NCBI RefSeq assembly: GCF_004010195.1
Contig: NC_057728.1
Coordinates: forward strand, 42,942,319 to 42,988,302
From: Chiloscyllium plagiosum
Taxonomy: Eukaryota
Direction: 5' to 3'
Length of the DNA: 45,984 bases
In this document: positions 10,518 through 21,308 of the stretch, piece after piece
Layout: each line of letters opens with the position of its first letter
Position numbering within the stretch: position 1 is the first letter of the stretch
Notes under the pieces: generated by a model
Told to the model about the DNA's origin: nothing
Seen by the model: the letters and a program-made list of their open reading frames with translations, nothing else
Databases searched by the model: none
Made by a program: the position numbers and the translations under genes

Positions 10518-12254
10518 TGATTTGATTCTGTACCATGAGTCAATACATAAACTTGTGAAGGAGTGAATTACAAAGAGTGGGTTTCGATTATAAGGAGAAA
10601 ACAAGAGGTATTTTTGATTGTGGTGTTCAAATGCTGAATGGGCTGGTGAGGTTTGGTCTTGCCGTCTAACAAGTACCACTGAAAAATTGCGTTTGTTGGG
10701 AGTTTTTTTTAGTGCCTCAGTTCCCCCAATCAGCAAAGAGTAAGAGTCAATTTCCTCAACAACCTCCTGGTCTGTATGTTGTACGTTCACCTTCGCTGTT
10801 CTGAGCCTAAAGCCTGGTCATGTTTTGATAACGGACTTCGAAATAAACACACCAAGTCGCTGCTGTAAAGTGGCGCTTCCTTAAAGCCACCGCTATTTGT
10901 CCCAAAGGAGCTGCAAGTGTTGCCCGAAGATTCAGTGTAACCTTACTACACAAAGAGGCTAACAACTTTAAAGCAGGTTAAGGACCATTTGAACAAACAA
11001 CTCTCAATGTGTTTAAATACTCGCCAGCATGTAGTATTTTGACGAGGTTTTGCTGTTTTTCAAATAACAAACTGGTGTGCCCTAACAGCTCGGGATGTGT
11101 TTAAACTAAGTGTGAATGAAAATAAACCAACTCCGAAATTTTGACAGAAAATTCGACAAATGAAATGATATTACAGCCAAATGGAGAACTGCCGCTCACA
11201 GCACAGTTCGGTTTCGTTAACCGTCGTTGCCAATTCGACGATCACTTAAGAGCTTCGTTGAGCCGTTTACACTTTGCGAGTGTTTGGTCAGCACGGACTG
11301 TGACTTTGCCTGACACTTTGGTGAAGGAGAGGCTTGCACCTTCAAGGGGACTGGTGTAGGTGCAGCTGGCCCGCATCTGTAACGGTGTGAATTTGCTTCA
11401 ACCGTGAAATGAGCATACCCTGGGGAGCAGTAAAACTGCTGGCTCCCAATCTGCAGCGTGCCTGAAGGTGGGGCAAGTTGGGTCTGACTCGCACTCTTCA
11501 AGAGCGCTACCCTGTTGCGGAAAACACATTTGGTCTTAAAGAGAAAGCCACAACCTCATGGCGTATTTTATTGCAGAGGCGCTCTGGAAAAGTTCGCCGT
11601 TGCACCCATTTGAAATCAGCGTTCTCGGATTTATATGAATAAAGCCCCAACGCGACCAGCAATTACATTTGTTGATGTAATTTCAAATGTCGACATTGAA
11701 AACGACTCTGCTGGGAGATTATGCTGATGAGCTTTAACTTCACAACACCCCCGCCCCCTAACATTGAAATGTTGGTCAGAGAAACAGAATTGCAACGGGA
11801 AAATCTATCCAACGGTATTGGCGCTAAAATGACTAGCCTATGTGTCTACGCAGCAGTTTTTTTTCCTATTGATTGTGAATTGTGTGATCAGGTACACCGA
11901 ATACAACATAAACTCCTTTAGCACTTTCTTTTTCTGAAGCAGAAATCAGCCAGTGGTACATGAATGGTACTAAAACCTCATTGGATGCAGCAATGCTGCA
12001 GGACATGAAGTAAATTTATAGATGCACCCGCCAACGGGTTACTGACCATAATAATGTCTCAGGTTTTATGGATTATTTGTTATTTGCATCTTATTAGGTT
12101 TCAGCAAAAACCTGTTCAAATAGAGAGTGATAATTAATTTTCTGGTTTGCTTAAACCTGGTACAGAAGTGATTTTCTTGCCTGTTGGTTCAATGTTGGTC
12201 CTATTTGCCTTGTGGGAGGAGATCTTCCCGACCCAACAAGGGGTTAAAGTGATG

Positions 12255-12336
12255 TCCCATGGGATGGATCTAGGGTTAATGGCGGGCGGGGCGGACTGGA
12301 TGTTAGCCGTGTAACAGATCCCAGCGTGTATATAAA
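12255..12336 (+). promoter_or_regulatory. myf5 proximal promoter: EBF/COE palindrome, GC box, TATA box
   Basis: TCCCATGGGA 12255-12264; GGCGGGCGGGGCGG 12281-12294; TATATAAA 12329-12336, ~140 bp upstream of the ATG. Confidence 0.75.
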
Positions 12337-12471
12337 GAGCTCTACTGTGTACGTTCAGGGTACTTTTCTCTGACCCTTACCGAGGTTTGTCTTAAAACTC
12401 CATCGCCTCGTTTAATTGTACCGAGAGGCTGGGCGAGTTGTGAGCAACAGCGAAACCTGTTGGATTTCATG

Positions 12472-12978
12472 ATGGATATTATGGTCGACTGCCACTTCTC
12501 TCCGTCCGACCTGTTTTATGATCATTCTTGCCTCTCGTCGCCCGAGGAGCCAGAGTTCGCAGATGAGTTTGAGCACGGCGCACTTGTGTTTCGAGATAAC
12601 AAGTTGGAGTCCCGCGGGCCGGAGGAAGAGAAGCATGTCAGGGCCCCGAGCAGCCACCACCAGGCTGCGGGCCACTGTCTCCTCTGGGCTTGCAAAGCCT
12701 GCAAGCGGAAAAGTTCCAGCACCGACAGGCGGAAGGCGGCCACCATGAGGGAAAGGAGGAGGCTTAAGAAAGTCAACCAGGCTTTCGAGACGCTGAAGAG
12801 GTGCACCAGCTCCAACCCGAACCAGAGGCTGCCTAAAGTGGAGATTCTGAGAAATGCTATCAGTTACATCGAGAGTCTGCAGGAGCTCCTGAGGGAACAA
12901 GTGGCGAGTTACTACAGTCTCCCTGACAATGTCAGCTCAGAGCCAGCAAGTCCCACGTCCAACTGCTCGGACGAAATG
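12472..12978 (+). CDS. myf5: Myogenic factor 5, coding exon 1 (His/Cys region, basic region and HLH)
   Basis: [17 protein letters not shown]...EEEKHVRAP...[18 protein letters not shown]...[27 protein letters not shown]...[32 protein letters not shown]...[10 protein letters not shown]; strong Kozak at 12472 (in-frame ATG also at 12469); donor ATG|GTAAGC, phase 0. Confidence 0.96.
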
Positions 12979-14708
12979 GTAAGCAACAATATTTTAATCC
13001 GCATCCCCCTTCTCTAACACACACAGAATTAATATACATATGTATTCTTGCAGAATTGAAACAGCATGCACTGCATGAAGTTGTCTGTATTAATGAAGAG
13101 AAAAATGGTACGAGTCAGCATCTGGTTCAGAATCATTCTGTTTGATTCATTTGTTTTTCTCGGTCGTTCCTATGATCGATCTACCCACTCACCCTGGCAG
13201 ATCTAACATGCAGCGCGCCCGTCTGTTTATGACATTAGCTCAGTGTGTTTCTTTGTATTACAAATGCAGGTCGAGAACATATGGTTTTGGTGATCCATTC
13301 CTAATTAAAATACTTGCTCATAAAGTTTTCGTCTTCGCGTCCTGAAGTAATACCTGGTCTGTATCGGTGTAACATACCGATTACAAGTCTGTTCGGGAAA
13401 GCGGCTTTGTCATTTCATCAGAGCTTTGCAGTTGATGACCTTGTTTTGTCTTTCCGATAAAGAATGATGAACGATGTATAAGGAGACATTCTTTTGTCTG
13501 ACATCTCCTTTCGTGTAAAATCTGGAAATGATGCCAGCTCATTGGCTTCACAAATTGAATGGTTGCAATGGTTAACAAACGGAACTCGATTTTACCACAT
13601 GCATTTGAATCTCAAATAGTCGTGAACCTCTCTTGGACGTAAATGAGCAATTACCAAAATACTACTTTTTAAAAAAACCCGATACGGTGTCTTTAAAAAC
13701 GAGTAATCCATCAGTACTGTCCAAGAGAGCACTGTAGTGTCCTAAGTAATTAACAATCAGGTTGTTTATTCAGGTGCATTCAACATTTCAATTCGCTTAT
13801 CAGTGAACTGACTTTCCGTTACTTTTCCCAATTAACATCCGAATAACTGCACTATGCTACAGCCCCAACTAGCTCGATTTTTATCCATATTTTCACTCTG
13901 AGGATGGGTTCGGCGTTCACAAAACGGCATAAGGGAAACCACGGAGGAAGGGGACAGCAAGGAGAATAGTCAAAAAGTTGCATTCACAGTTGTCGGAGTC
14001 TTTCTGTGACTTATTCCCTGATTTAACTTGGGAAGGGAAAGGGAGGTGAGGAGTTACAGTTCAACAACTTCATTAGTACTCGCTGGAAATTAGATGAAAT
14101 GTTCTGTGGAGCTCAGGGTTTGATTTAGGTGGCGCCTGGCTCTCATTATGTGTGACCGACTGCTTCTTCTCGCCACTTCAGTCAAAGTTGCTGCCACACA
14201 CATTGATCTCTTTGGATGCGGGGATGATGACTTTCCCACCTCTGCACATTTTGCTCTCCACAGGAGCCGAGAACAGCAGCAAGCTAAAGGCTGTGTTATT
14301 TGAAACAACAACTTGTGAAACATTCTTACAGCGCTACGTTTTGACAATCGGGGCCAAAGCTTTAATATGAATTTAGTATGGGAAAATCTGACCTGGCACA
14401 ATTAATGTAGCTTCCGTTAACTGCAGAGACATGCAATTCATTTTCCATGGATAACGCAATGCACATTTCTGTACAGGCAAACAGACAGGCCTCATGCTTT
14501 ATGTGAGAAAACCATGGTGTGGCAAAGAAACCAACTATGTCTAATGAACAGATGGGCTTATTTCCGTCCAGGGGTAATCATTGTTTTACTTATCCAGGCC
14601 TCCTGACGGATACACTATAAAGTCACTTGTTACGGTGAATTTATATAAAGGTTTAACTGAAAGGTTTGGAAGATTTTATTTTGATATCCTTGGGTTTTTT
14701 TTTTGCAG

Positions 14709-14784
14709 ATGGGATGCAACAGCCCCGTCTGGTCTAGAAGGAACGTCAGTTTTGACCGCATTCATTGTTCGGAATTACAAAACG
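14709..14784 (+). CDS. myf5: Myogenic factor 5, coding exon 2 (76 bp)
   Basis: T-tract + GCAG acceptor; MGCNSPVWSRRNVSFDRIHCSELQN matches Myf5 exon 2 (xCNSPVWSR...FD.I.C); donor G|GTACAT, phase 1. Confidence 0.94.
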
Positions 14785-14974
14785 GTACATTTTAATGTTC
14801 TTATGAAATCATTTTACATCTCATCATAAATCTACCTTGAAACTGACGAATTTAGATATTAACTTCTAAGGCGCAGTTTATGACAAGCACACGAGACTCT
14901 CCAGTTAAAAATCGAGAAGTGTTTTAGTCTTAATTTGGCTGTATTCCTCGAGCACAAACAATCAGGGCTTATTC

Positions 14975-15295
14975 TTCCAACTCTGTACTGTCAGAGGTAC
15001 AATGTTTGTGGTGATAGAATAAAGATCCTGACTATCCTAGGTCAACATATAAGATCCCATGGCACTATCTGAGGGAAAAGCAGGAGAACAATCTCTTCTG
15101 TCGTAGTGAATATTTATCCTTCCATCAAAATAGTATTACCTGGTCATCAACATATTGCCTTTTCGTTGGTTCTTTACGGCCTGTGAAGTGGCCGTCACCT
15201 TTCCTTCATTTCAATAATGATTACGTTACAAAATGTAGTTCACTGGCTGTCAAGCGATTCGATACCCAGGAAGAACTATATAAATGCAAGTTTAT
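14975..15295 (+). mobile_element. DeuSINE (SacSINE1/AmnSINE1-like) remnant in myf5 intron 2
   Basis: AAGATCCCATGGCACTAT, AATATTTATCC, CTGGTCAT..CATATTGC, TTCACTGGCTGTCAAGCG, CTATATAAATGCAAGT occur in the order I recall for the Deu-domain and tail. Confidence 0.7.
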
Positions 15296-15458
15296 GAATG
15301 AGACTGGAATTGTGGAATTAGTTTGGGATAGCTGAATGGAACAATGGGGCTTTTTTTGTCAAGCACATTTCTACAAAATATGTTACTTGTATATTGTTTA
15401 CATGTTTGATAAAGTTTGCACATTTATCACCACATGATCGATTTCTGTTCTTCTATAG

Positions 15459-15643
15459 TTTGTTCCAGCAGCCGAGGTCTGGCTGTTTCCAGTCTGGACT
15501 ACCTGTCCAACATAGTGGAGCGGATTTCACCTTCCCTGGAGCGCTGTCCTGTTTCAGGTCAGGATAGAAGGACCATGTCTCCGCCTGTCAGCGATTCCTC
15601 GCAGCCCACCACTCCCAACCAGCCGGTTTATCACGTTCTTTAA
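15459..15643 (+). CDS. myf5: Myogenic factor 5, coding exon 3 (helix III and C-terminus)
   Basis: Acceptor TTCTGTTCTTCTATAG; (V)CSSSRGLAVSSLDYLSNIVERIS...QPVYHVL-TAA; exons sum to 768 bp = 255 aa plus stop. Confidence 0.95.
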
Positions 15644-15815
15644 ACCCTCAAGCCGCAGGCCTTCAGTATGGCCGCTTCCACCGCAGAGCACAACAGCCTT
15701 TGTGTTCAAAGCTTCAATCATAAGTTGTTCTCTAAGTTAGACCATGTTCTACTGTATATTTGTAAATAGCGTAATATTCGTTAGTCGACAAAAAAATAAT
15801 TGTATTTAAGAACTG

Positions 15816-16119
15816 AATAAAACCCCGAAAGACATTTTATAAATCTCATCATTTTCGCTTTTCCGTTCCAATCCTGCAGCATTCATTGTATAACTGCGTT
15901 TCAAATCTAGGACATTCTCATTGTGGAAGGGAGAGCATTTAGAAACTGATTTCAAAAATAACATGAGATTTAGGCAAGCCTTCTACCTTTTCACTAGAAA
16001 ACAATTTCAAAGATCATACTTGTTTTGAAAATTTATCACATTTCTGACGAAGAAATATTTCTTGAGATTTCCTGCGGCCTATATTTTTTAAATACACTAC
16101 GATTCATTTATTGAATAAA
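15816..16119 (+). terminator. Candidate myf5 polyadenylation signals
   Basis: AATAAA at 15816-15821 and 16114-16119, each followed by T-rich sequence. Confidence 0.6.
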
Positions 16120-16237
16120 CCCATTTCTTATAAGAAGTTCATGTGCAAATATTTTGTCTTCCAATTGCTTTGATTACAGTTTTATGACTTACCATTCAAG
16201 ACCTTAGGCCATCGGCAACTCTAGAATCCACCAGGGT

Positions 16238-16342
16238 CTTGTTGCTCAGTGGTAGTGTCCCTGTCTCTGGCCCAGATGATTTGAGTTCATGTCACCTGCC
16301 CTGAAGGAGTGTCATAATATGTTTGAAGTGGTTGACTAAAAA
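16238..16342 (+). mobile_element. Degenerate tRNA-headed SINE fragment
   Basis: A-box-like TTGCTCAGTGGTAG and B-box-like GAGTTCATGTC at tRNA spacing; no intact cloverleaf. Confidence 0.4.
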
Positions 16343-16369
16343 TTTTAAACTCCTATCTAAGCTAGAGGT

Positions 16370-17075
16370 AATAATCCCTTTGCAACCTTGGTGTTACATT
16401 TGATCCCTAGATGAGCCTTTAACTTTAATCTTGTGCCACTAAGAAGACCATGTATTTCCACCTTTACAACTGTCCAGCTTCATCCCTTTCTCAGCATATT
16501 TGCTGCTGAAACTTTTGTAAATGATGTTGTTATTTCTCCTTACAAACACTCCAATGAGTTCCTGCTGCCTTCCCACCTTCTATCTTCTTTGAATCTGAGG
16601 TCATCTAGAACTCTGCTGCCTGTGTTTTAACTCATTGCAAGTCCCATTCCCCAATCATCCCTGTGTTCACTTCTCTGCATTGTTTCCAGGTCAAGCAATC
16701 TCTTGATTTTAAAATTCTCGCCATTTGCTTTCAAATTTGACCCACTCTATCTCTGTAATCTGTTCTAGTGTCACAATCTTCCAACATATCAGTGTTTTTT
16801 CTAAATCTGACATTGACTGTATTCCCGATTGCTGCACCATTGGTGGCTGTGCTTTCAGTTGTTTAGGCCCCAAAGTTTAAATATCCTCCCTACTTGCCTC
16901 TAATACTCATTTAAAACACACCTTGAGATTTACATCTTTGACTCATTTTATTCATCTGATCTAATATCTACTTATGTGGCTGGGCATCATACTTTGTTTC
17001 ACAATACCTCTGTGAAATGCCTTCAGATGTTTCATTGCATTGAAGGCCATGCTATAAATATAAGCCGCTGTTTCA
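16370..17075 (+). mobile_element. Degenerate L2-like LINE 3' end
   Basis: AACCTTGGTGTTACATTTGATCC (NLGV.FD), TTGATTTTAAAATTCTC (DFKIL), ATTGGTGGCTGTGCTTTCAG, tail GCTATAAATATAAG. Confidence 0.6.
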
Positions 17076-18669
17076 TCATGAAGATTCCAAAATACGGTGG
17101 AAAGATTTAGTCAAATAAAATTTGCCATAGTTGTTCCATTACTTCAGGACTGCACCTTAGAGTGTGTTTAACCTTTCCTTTTCTCAGTCATTTTTCACTA
17201 CCCTTTGGAATTGTTCCTGAATCATGAGAGTTAGAGGAACTCAACTAATCCTTAGGAGTGCACTTATTTTGTAGCATTTCTTAGATGTTGACAGTAAATA
17301 CTTAACTAAAATTATGCCTTCCATATACTTCTTGATGATAGTATGGCATTCTGTTTAAAAAAACATTGCTACTTTACAAAAATGTTACTAACTGAACATA
17401 CATTATTCTCCCAAAATAAGTTGCACCTAGAAATGTTAGAAGAAAGTAACAATTTCCTGTATCCCAGCAGTGACAATAATCTACTTTTATAGTTGAAGAC
17501 TTGCCCGCTGGGCTTTTACCTAATAATAAATAAAGAACAAAAGGAGATGGGCGAGAAATGGAGGAGTGTTTCCGAAACCAGACAAGTGAAGGTATTTCAA
17601 TAGTAGTGTGAGGGCAATTTATGTGCCATAGCAACATAAAATAAGCAGTTTTTCAGGTAAGTATCCTTACATTATGTGCAAGATCTCCGAGAAGATGTAA
17701 GAACACATTGTTTTGACATTTCATGCATCTTGGAAGACAAATGGTTTAAGTTTAAATTTAAAAAGAATGCATGTGATTCCCTGAACCCCTTTAATTATTT
17801 ATAAAGGTTTACTTGTATTTACATTTTCTTAAAAAGTCAGCAAAATCATTCTGAAAGTCATGGGTATACTGGAACTGGGTATCTCATACCAATGATTCCA
17901 CTACATCACTATTTCCAAATGAATAATGATTTTAGTGGAGTACAACAGTCACATTTACGAGCAGCATTACAAAGTGGAAAGACAGGTCTCTGCATGCACA
18001 CTGAAACTAATGCATTGAGCAGAATTTACCTTCCCAAACAGCCATATTTTGCTTTTCAGTTTGAGAAAAACAAGGGTACTGTCAGCATTTTCAACTGACA
18101 AGAAGAGAAAAGCAATCTCTCTTGCAGTGACAAGAAGTTGCTGAAACATGATTTTATTACTGATTATATTTCAGACAACATAAATTAATATTGAAGTAAT
18201 ACAGCTTCAGGATTTAATTTAAAGAAAATAAAGAATTTGATCAACACCAGGCTTCATCATATTTCACAGAAATGTCCAGATTTCAACACAGACAATGAAA
18301 TTGTAAGTGCAATATTTGTTGCTTTGTAACAAAAATGAAGACTATTTTGTACGTAACATTATACCAGGCATTAACAATTAAATAAGTAATCAATCTGCCA
18401 TTGTTTGCATTAGTTGGTGCAGTAACATTGATCATGCCATCTGAAGAATTTTACGCTCTTACTTAATATTCACTAGAGAATGTGGCAGACAGAATCTCAG
18501 GAGAATATTGCCTCAAAAGAATGACATCCCCAGGTAAGCATTCCCTAGGTTTTGGAGTGTCAACCTATCCCCCAACAGATTCAGCCCCAATCACACATCC
18601 TAATATGAGAAGGGAACTTGAATTGATTTTTTTTTCAGTAAAGGAAATAATGATTACATTAAATAAAAG

Positions 18670-18800
18670 CTGAAATAACTACAGATGCTGTACATCAGAA
18701 ACAAAAACAGAAGTTGCTGGAAAAGCTCAGCAAGTCTGGCAGAATCTATGAAGAGGAATTAGAGTTGAAATTTTGGATCCAATGACCTTTCCTCAGAACT
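18670..18800 (-). mobile_element. Degenerate Penelope-like terminal fragment (same family as 1695-1850)
   Basis: CAGATGCTG...AAAAACAGAAGTTGCTGGAAAAGCTCAGCAAGTCTGGCAG; minus strand CTGAGGAAAGGTCATTGGATCCAAAA. Confidence 0.6.
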
Positions 18801-19766
18801 TCCTCAGCACTTCCTGGACTTTGGTTTGAAAGGACTGTTAAAAATGAGCTGGAACATCTGACCTGAAAGTAACCAATTGCACAGGAATTTACAAAGGAAT
18901 ATCTGAATAACATGGTTGAAATTGTCTACCAAACACTGAAAAGTTTTCCATGGATAATTATTTGGACATTAAATGTCATAAATATATACCTCACAATGAG
19001 ACTTTCCAAACTCTGTGGGCAAGAGACTTCTTGGCTAAGTGTTTTGCTGGTACAAAAACAAACATATGTGGAAATTTGTGATACAAACAGAAGAAAGAAT
19101 GGATGGAAACCTATAACAATGAACCAAAGAAACTGATTGTTAAAAACAGATTATCCCATTGTGAGCCAAGAACCAATGTCCATGTTGAAGACACCTCTTG
19201 TGAGAAGCAATGATAATAAGTCTTTATTTTTGCTAAAGAAAACTAACATTCAGTAACATAAAGTTAAATACACATCACAGAATGTAACATGTCTCTCTTC
19301 TCTCCTTTTGGAGGCAGTATGGCCAGCTCTGTGGAAGTGATCAGCTGTGAATGAAAACCAATGTGAACTGAGATCTTTTATGGCATAGATATTTGATTTG
19401 CACGATCACGTATAGAAGAATAACTGAAACAGCTTAGTTGCAAACTCCACTAGAAAATATTATCAGAATCTGAAAATATATTTCCTTGACATAATTACTT
19501 TTTTCAATCGCACCTCCCCAGACCGCAATTTCCCTTCCCACGTGGTTAAAGATGCCCTCCAATGCATCTCGTCCACATCCCGCACCTCCGCCCTCAGACC
19601 CCACCCCTCCAACCGTGACAAGGACAGAACACCCCGGTGCTCACCTTCTACCCTACTAAACTTTGCATAAATCAAATCATCCGCTGACATTTCCGCCACC
19701 TCCAAAAAGACCGCACCACCAGGGATATATTTCCTTCCCCACCCCTTTCCGCCTTCCGCAAAGACC

Positions 19767-20171
19767 NNNNNNNNNNNNNNNNNNNNNNNNNNNNNNNNNN
19801 NNNNNNNNNNNNNNNNNNNNNNNNNNNNNNNNNNNNNNNNNNNNNNNNNNNNNNNNNNNNNNNNNNNNNNNNNNNNNNNNNNNNNNNNNNNNNNNNNNNN
19901 NNNNNNNNNNNNNNNNNNNNNNNNNNNNNNNNNNNNNNNNNNNNNNNNNNNNNNNNNNNNNNNNNNNNNNNNNNNNNNNNNNNNNNNNNNNNNNNNNNNN
20001 NNNNNNNNNNNNNNNNNNNNNNNNNNNNNNNNNNNNNNNNNNNNNNNNNNNNNNNNNNNNNNNNNNNNNNNNNNNNNNNNNNNNNNNNNNNNNNNNNNNN
20101 NNNNNNNNNNNNNNNNNNNNNNNNNNNNNNNNNNNNNNNNNNNNNNNNNNNNNNNNNNNNNNNNNNNNNNN
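19767..20171. other. Assembly gap (N run)
   Basis: 405 consecutive N. Confidence 0.99.
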
Positions 20172-20263
20172 CCCTCCCCCACTCACCTATTGTACTCTAT
20201 GCTACTTTCTCCCCACCCCCACCCTTCTCTAGCTTATCTCTCCACCCTTCAGGCTCTCTGTCT

Positions 20264-20300
20264 TTATTCCTGATGAAGGGCTTTTGCCCGAAACGTTGAT
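20264..20300 (+). ncRNA. Minimal type I hammerhead ribozyme motif (core intact, weak stem I)
   Basis: CUGAUGA(20270-76)-A-GGGC-UUUU-GCCC-GAAA(20290-93)-CG-UU. Confidence 0.6.
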
Positions 20301-21125
20301 TTTACTGTTCCTCGGATGCTGCCTGAACTGCTGTGCTCTTCCAGCACCACTAATCCAGAATCTGGTTTCCAGCATTTGCAGTCATTGTTTTTACCCTTTG
20401 TTCTAGATGTCTACATGCTATTGAGTGTGTGTAAGTCACAGAATTCATTATCTGTTTTTATTTTTGAAGTAAGTATTTTCCTTAGTTGAGTCAGTGTAAG
20501 CAAAAAAATTCCTTAATTTTGATTGCTTCAAGAGATTTGGGTTTGATTGTTTGAAGTTTTGTACAAGGTCAAATACACATTGAATAGAAAAGCAGACATT
20601 TTTAAAAGTCAAGATGTTATACCAACCGCAGGAATGAAAAGAGAGGAATTAATTCACCCCTCTGGACTTGTTTGCTGCAGGCTTAAATATGTCGATAAAT
20701 TCTGATATGGATCTTACAGTGCAAATAAAGTTGAGTTTGGTTCAGTGATTCTCAAGGCGAGGAAGAGTGAGTTTTCTCATCTTACCTTACTAAACCTGTT
20801 ACATTAATCAATGTTTCAGCTCTTAAAGTAAGGATCATGTCTGGTTTTTCCCAGAACAAGTTGCCATCCATTGGAGATCCACAAACTGACTGGCATCCCT
20901 TGTGCCTGTCACATTTAAAAAGCAGTTGTGCACCCAGTCAAGCACTGTTAGTCTGGAGCTCCCTTGCACAGTTCTTGATATTTGCCCTTGAAATGCTAGG
21001 TGGGAGAAATCAGTACCATGCTTTGTGGGCCGGGTCCTTGAACTCCAGCTGGACAGGGGAGTATACTATTGGGACTTCCTCACCTGCTGGGCCAACAATG
21101 GATGCCATGACAGCAGAACATACAT

Positions 21126-21308
21126 GGGTTTCCTCCCACAGTCCAAAGATGTGTAGATCAGATGAATTGGCCATTCTAAGTTGCCCATTGTGTTAGGTGC
21201 ATTAGTCAGAGGGAAATGGGTCTGGGTGAGTTACTCTTCGAAGGGTCGGTGTGGACTTGTTGGGCTGAAGGGCCTGTTTCCGCACTGTAGGTAATCTAAT
21301 CTAATCTA
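21126..21308 (+). mobile_element. HE1 SINE, 5'-truncated
   Basis: GGTTTCCTCCCACAGTCCAAAGATGTG...GAAGGGCCTGTTTCC..ACTGTAGG(AATCT)n, collinear with 31814-32125. Confidence 0.85.

Larger units (their letters stand above)
19500..20395 (+). mobile_element. Penelope-like retroelement 3' part (post-RT coding remnant plus pLTR), spanning an assembly gap
   Basis: Frameshifted RNFPSHVVKDALQCIS...R..AL...DRTP.LTF.P...HFRHLQKD.TTRDIFPSPPLSAFRK resembles the RT-to-GIY-YIG linker; the pLTR has CTGATGAAGGGCTTTTGCCCGAAACG. Confidence 0.75.

Noticed and set aside
12412..12900. 162-aa and 97-aa antisense ORFs over myf5 exon 1
   Set aside because: Shadows of a GC-rich coding strand with no recognisable domain
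12460..13017. 185-aa single-exon ORF as the whole gene
   Set aside because: It starts at TTG and reads through the GTAAGC donor at 12979; the real gene is spliced across three exons
17540..17665. Purine-rich stretch ending in CAG|GTAAGT as an extra exon
   Set aside because: No convincing acceptor, frame or homology, and it lies beyond the myf5 poly(A) signals
19463..20232. Long ORFs containing X runs (also 40309-41697)
   Set aside because: Artefacts of translating through N gaps
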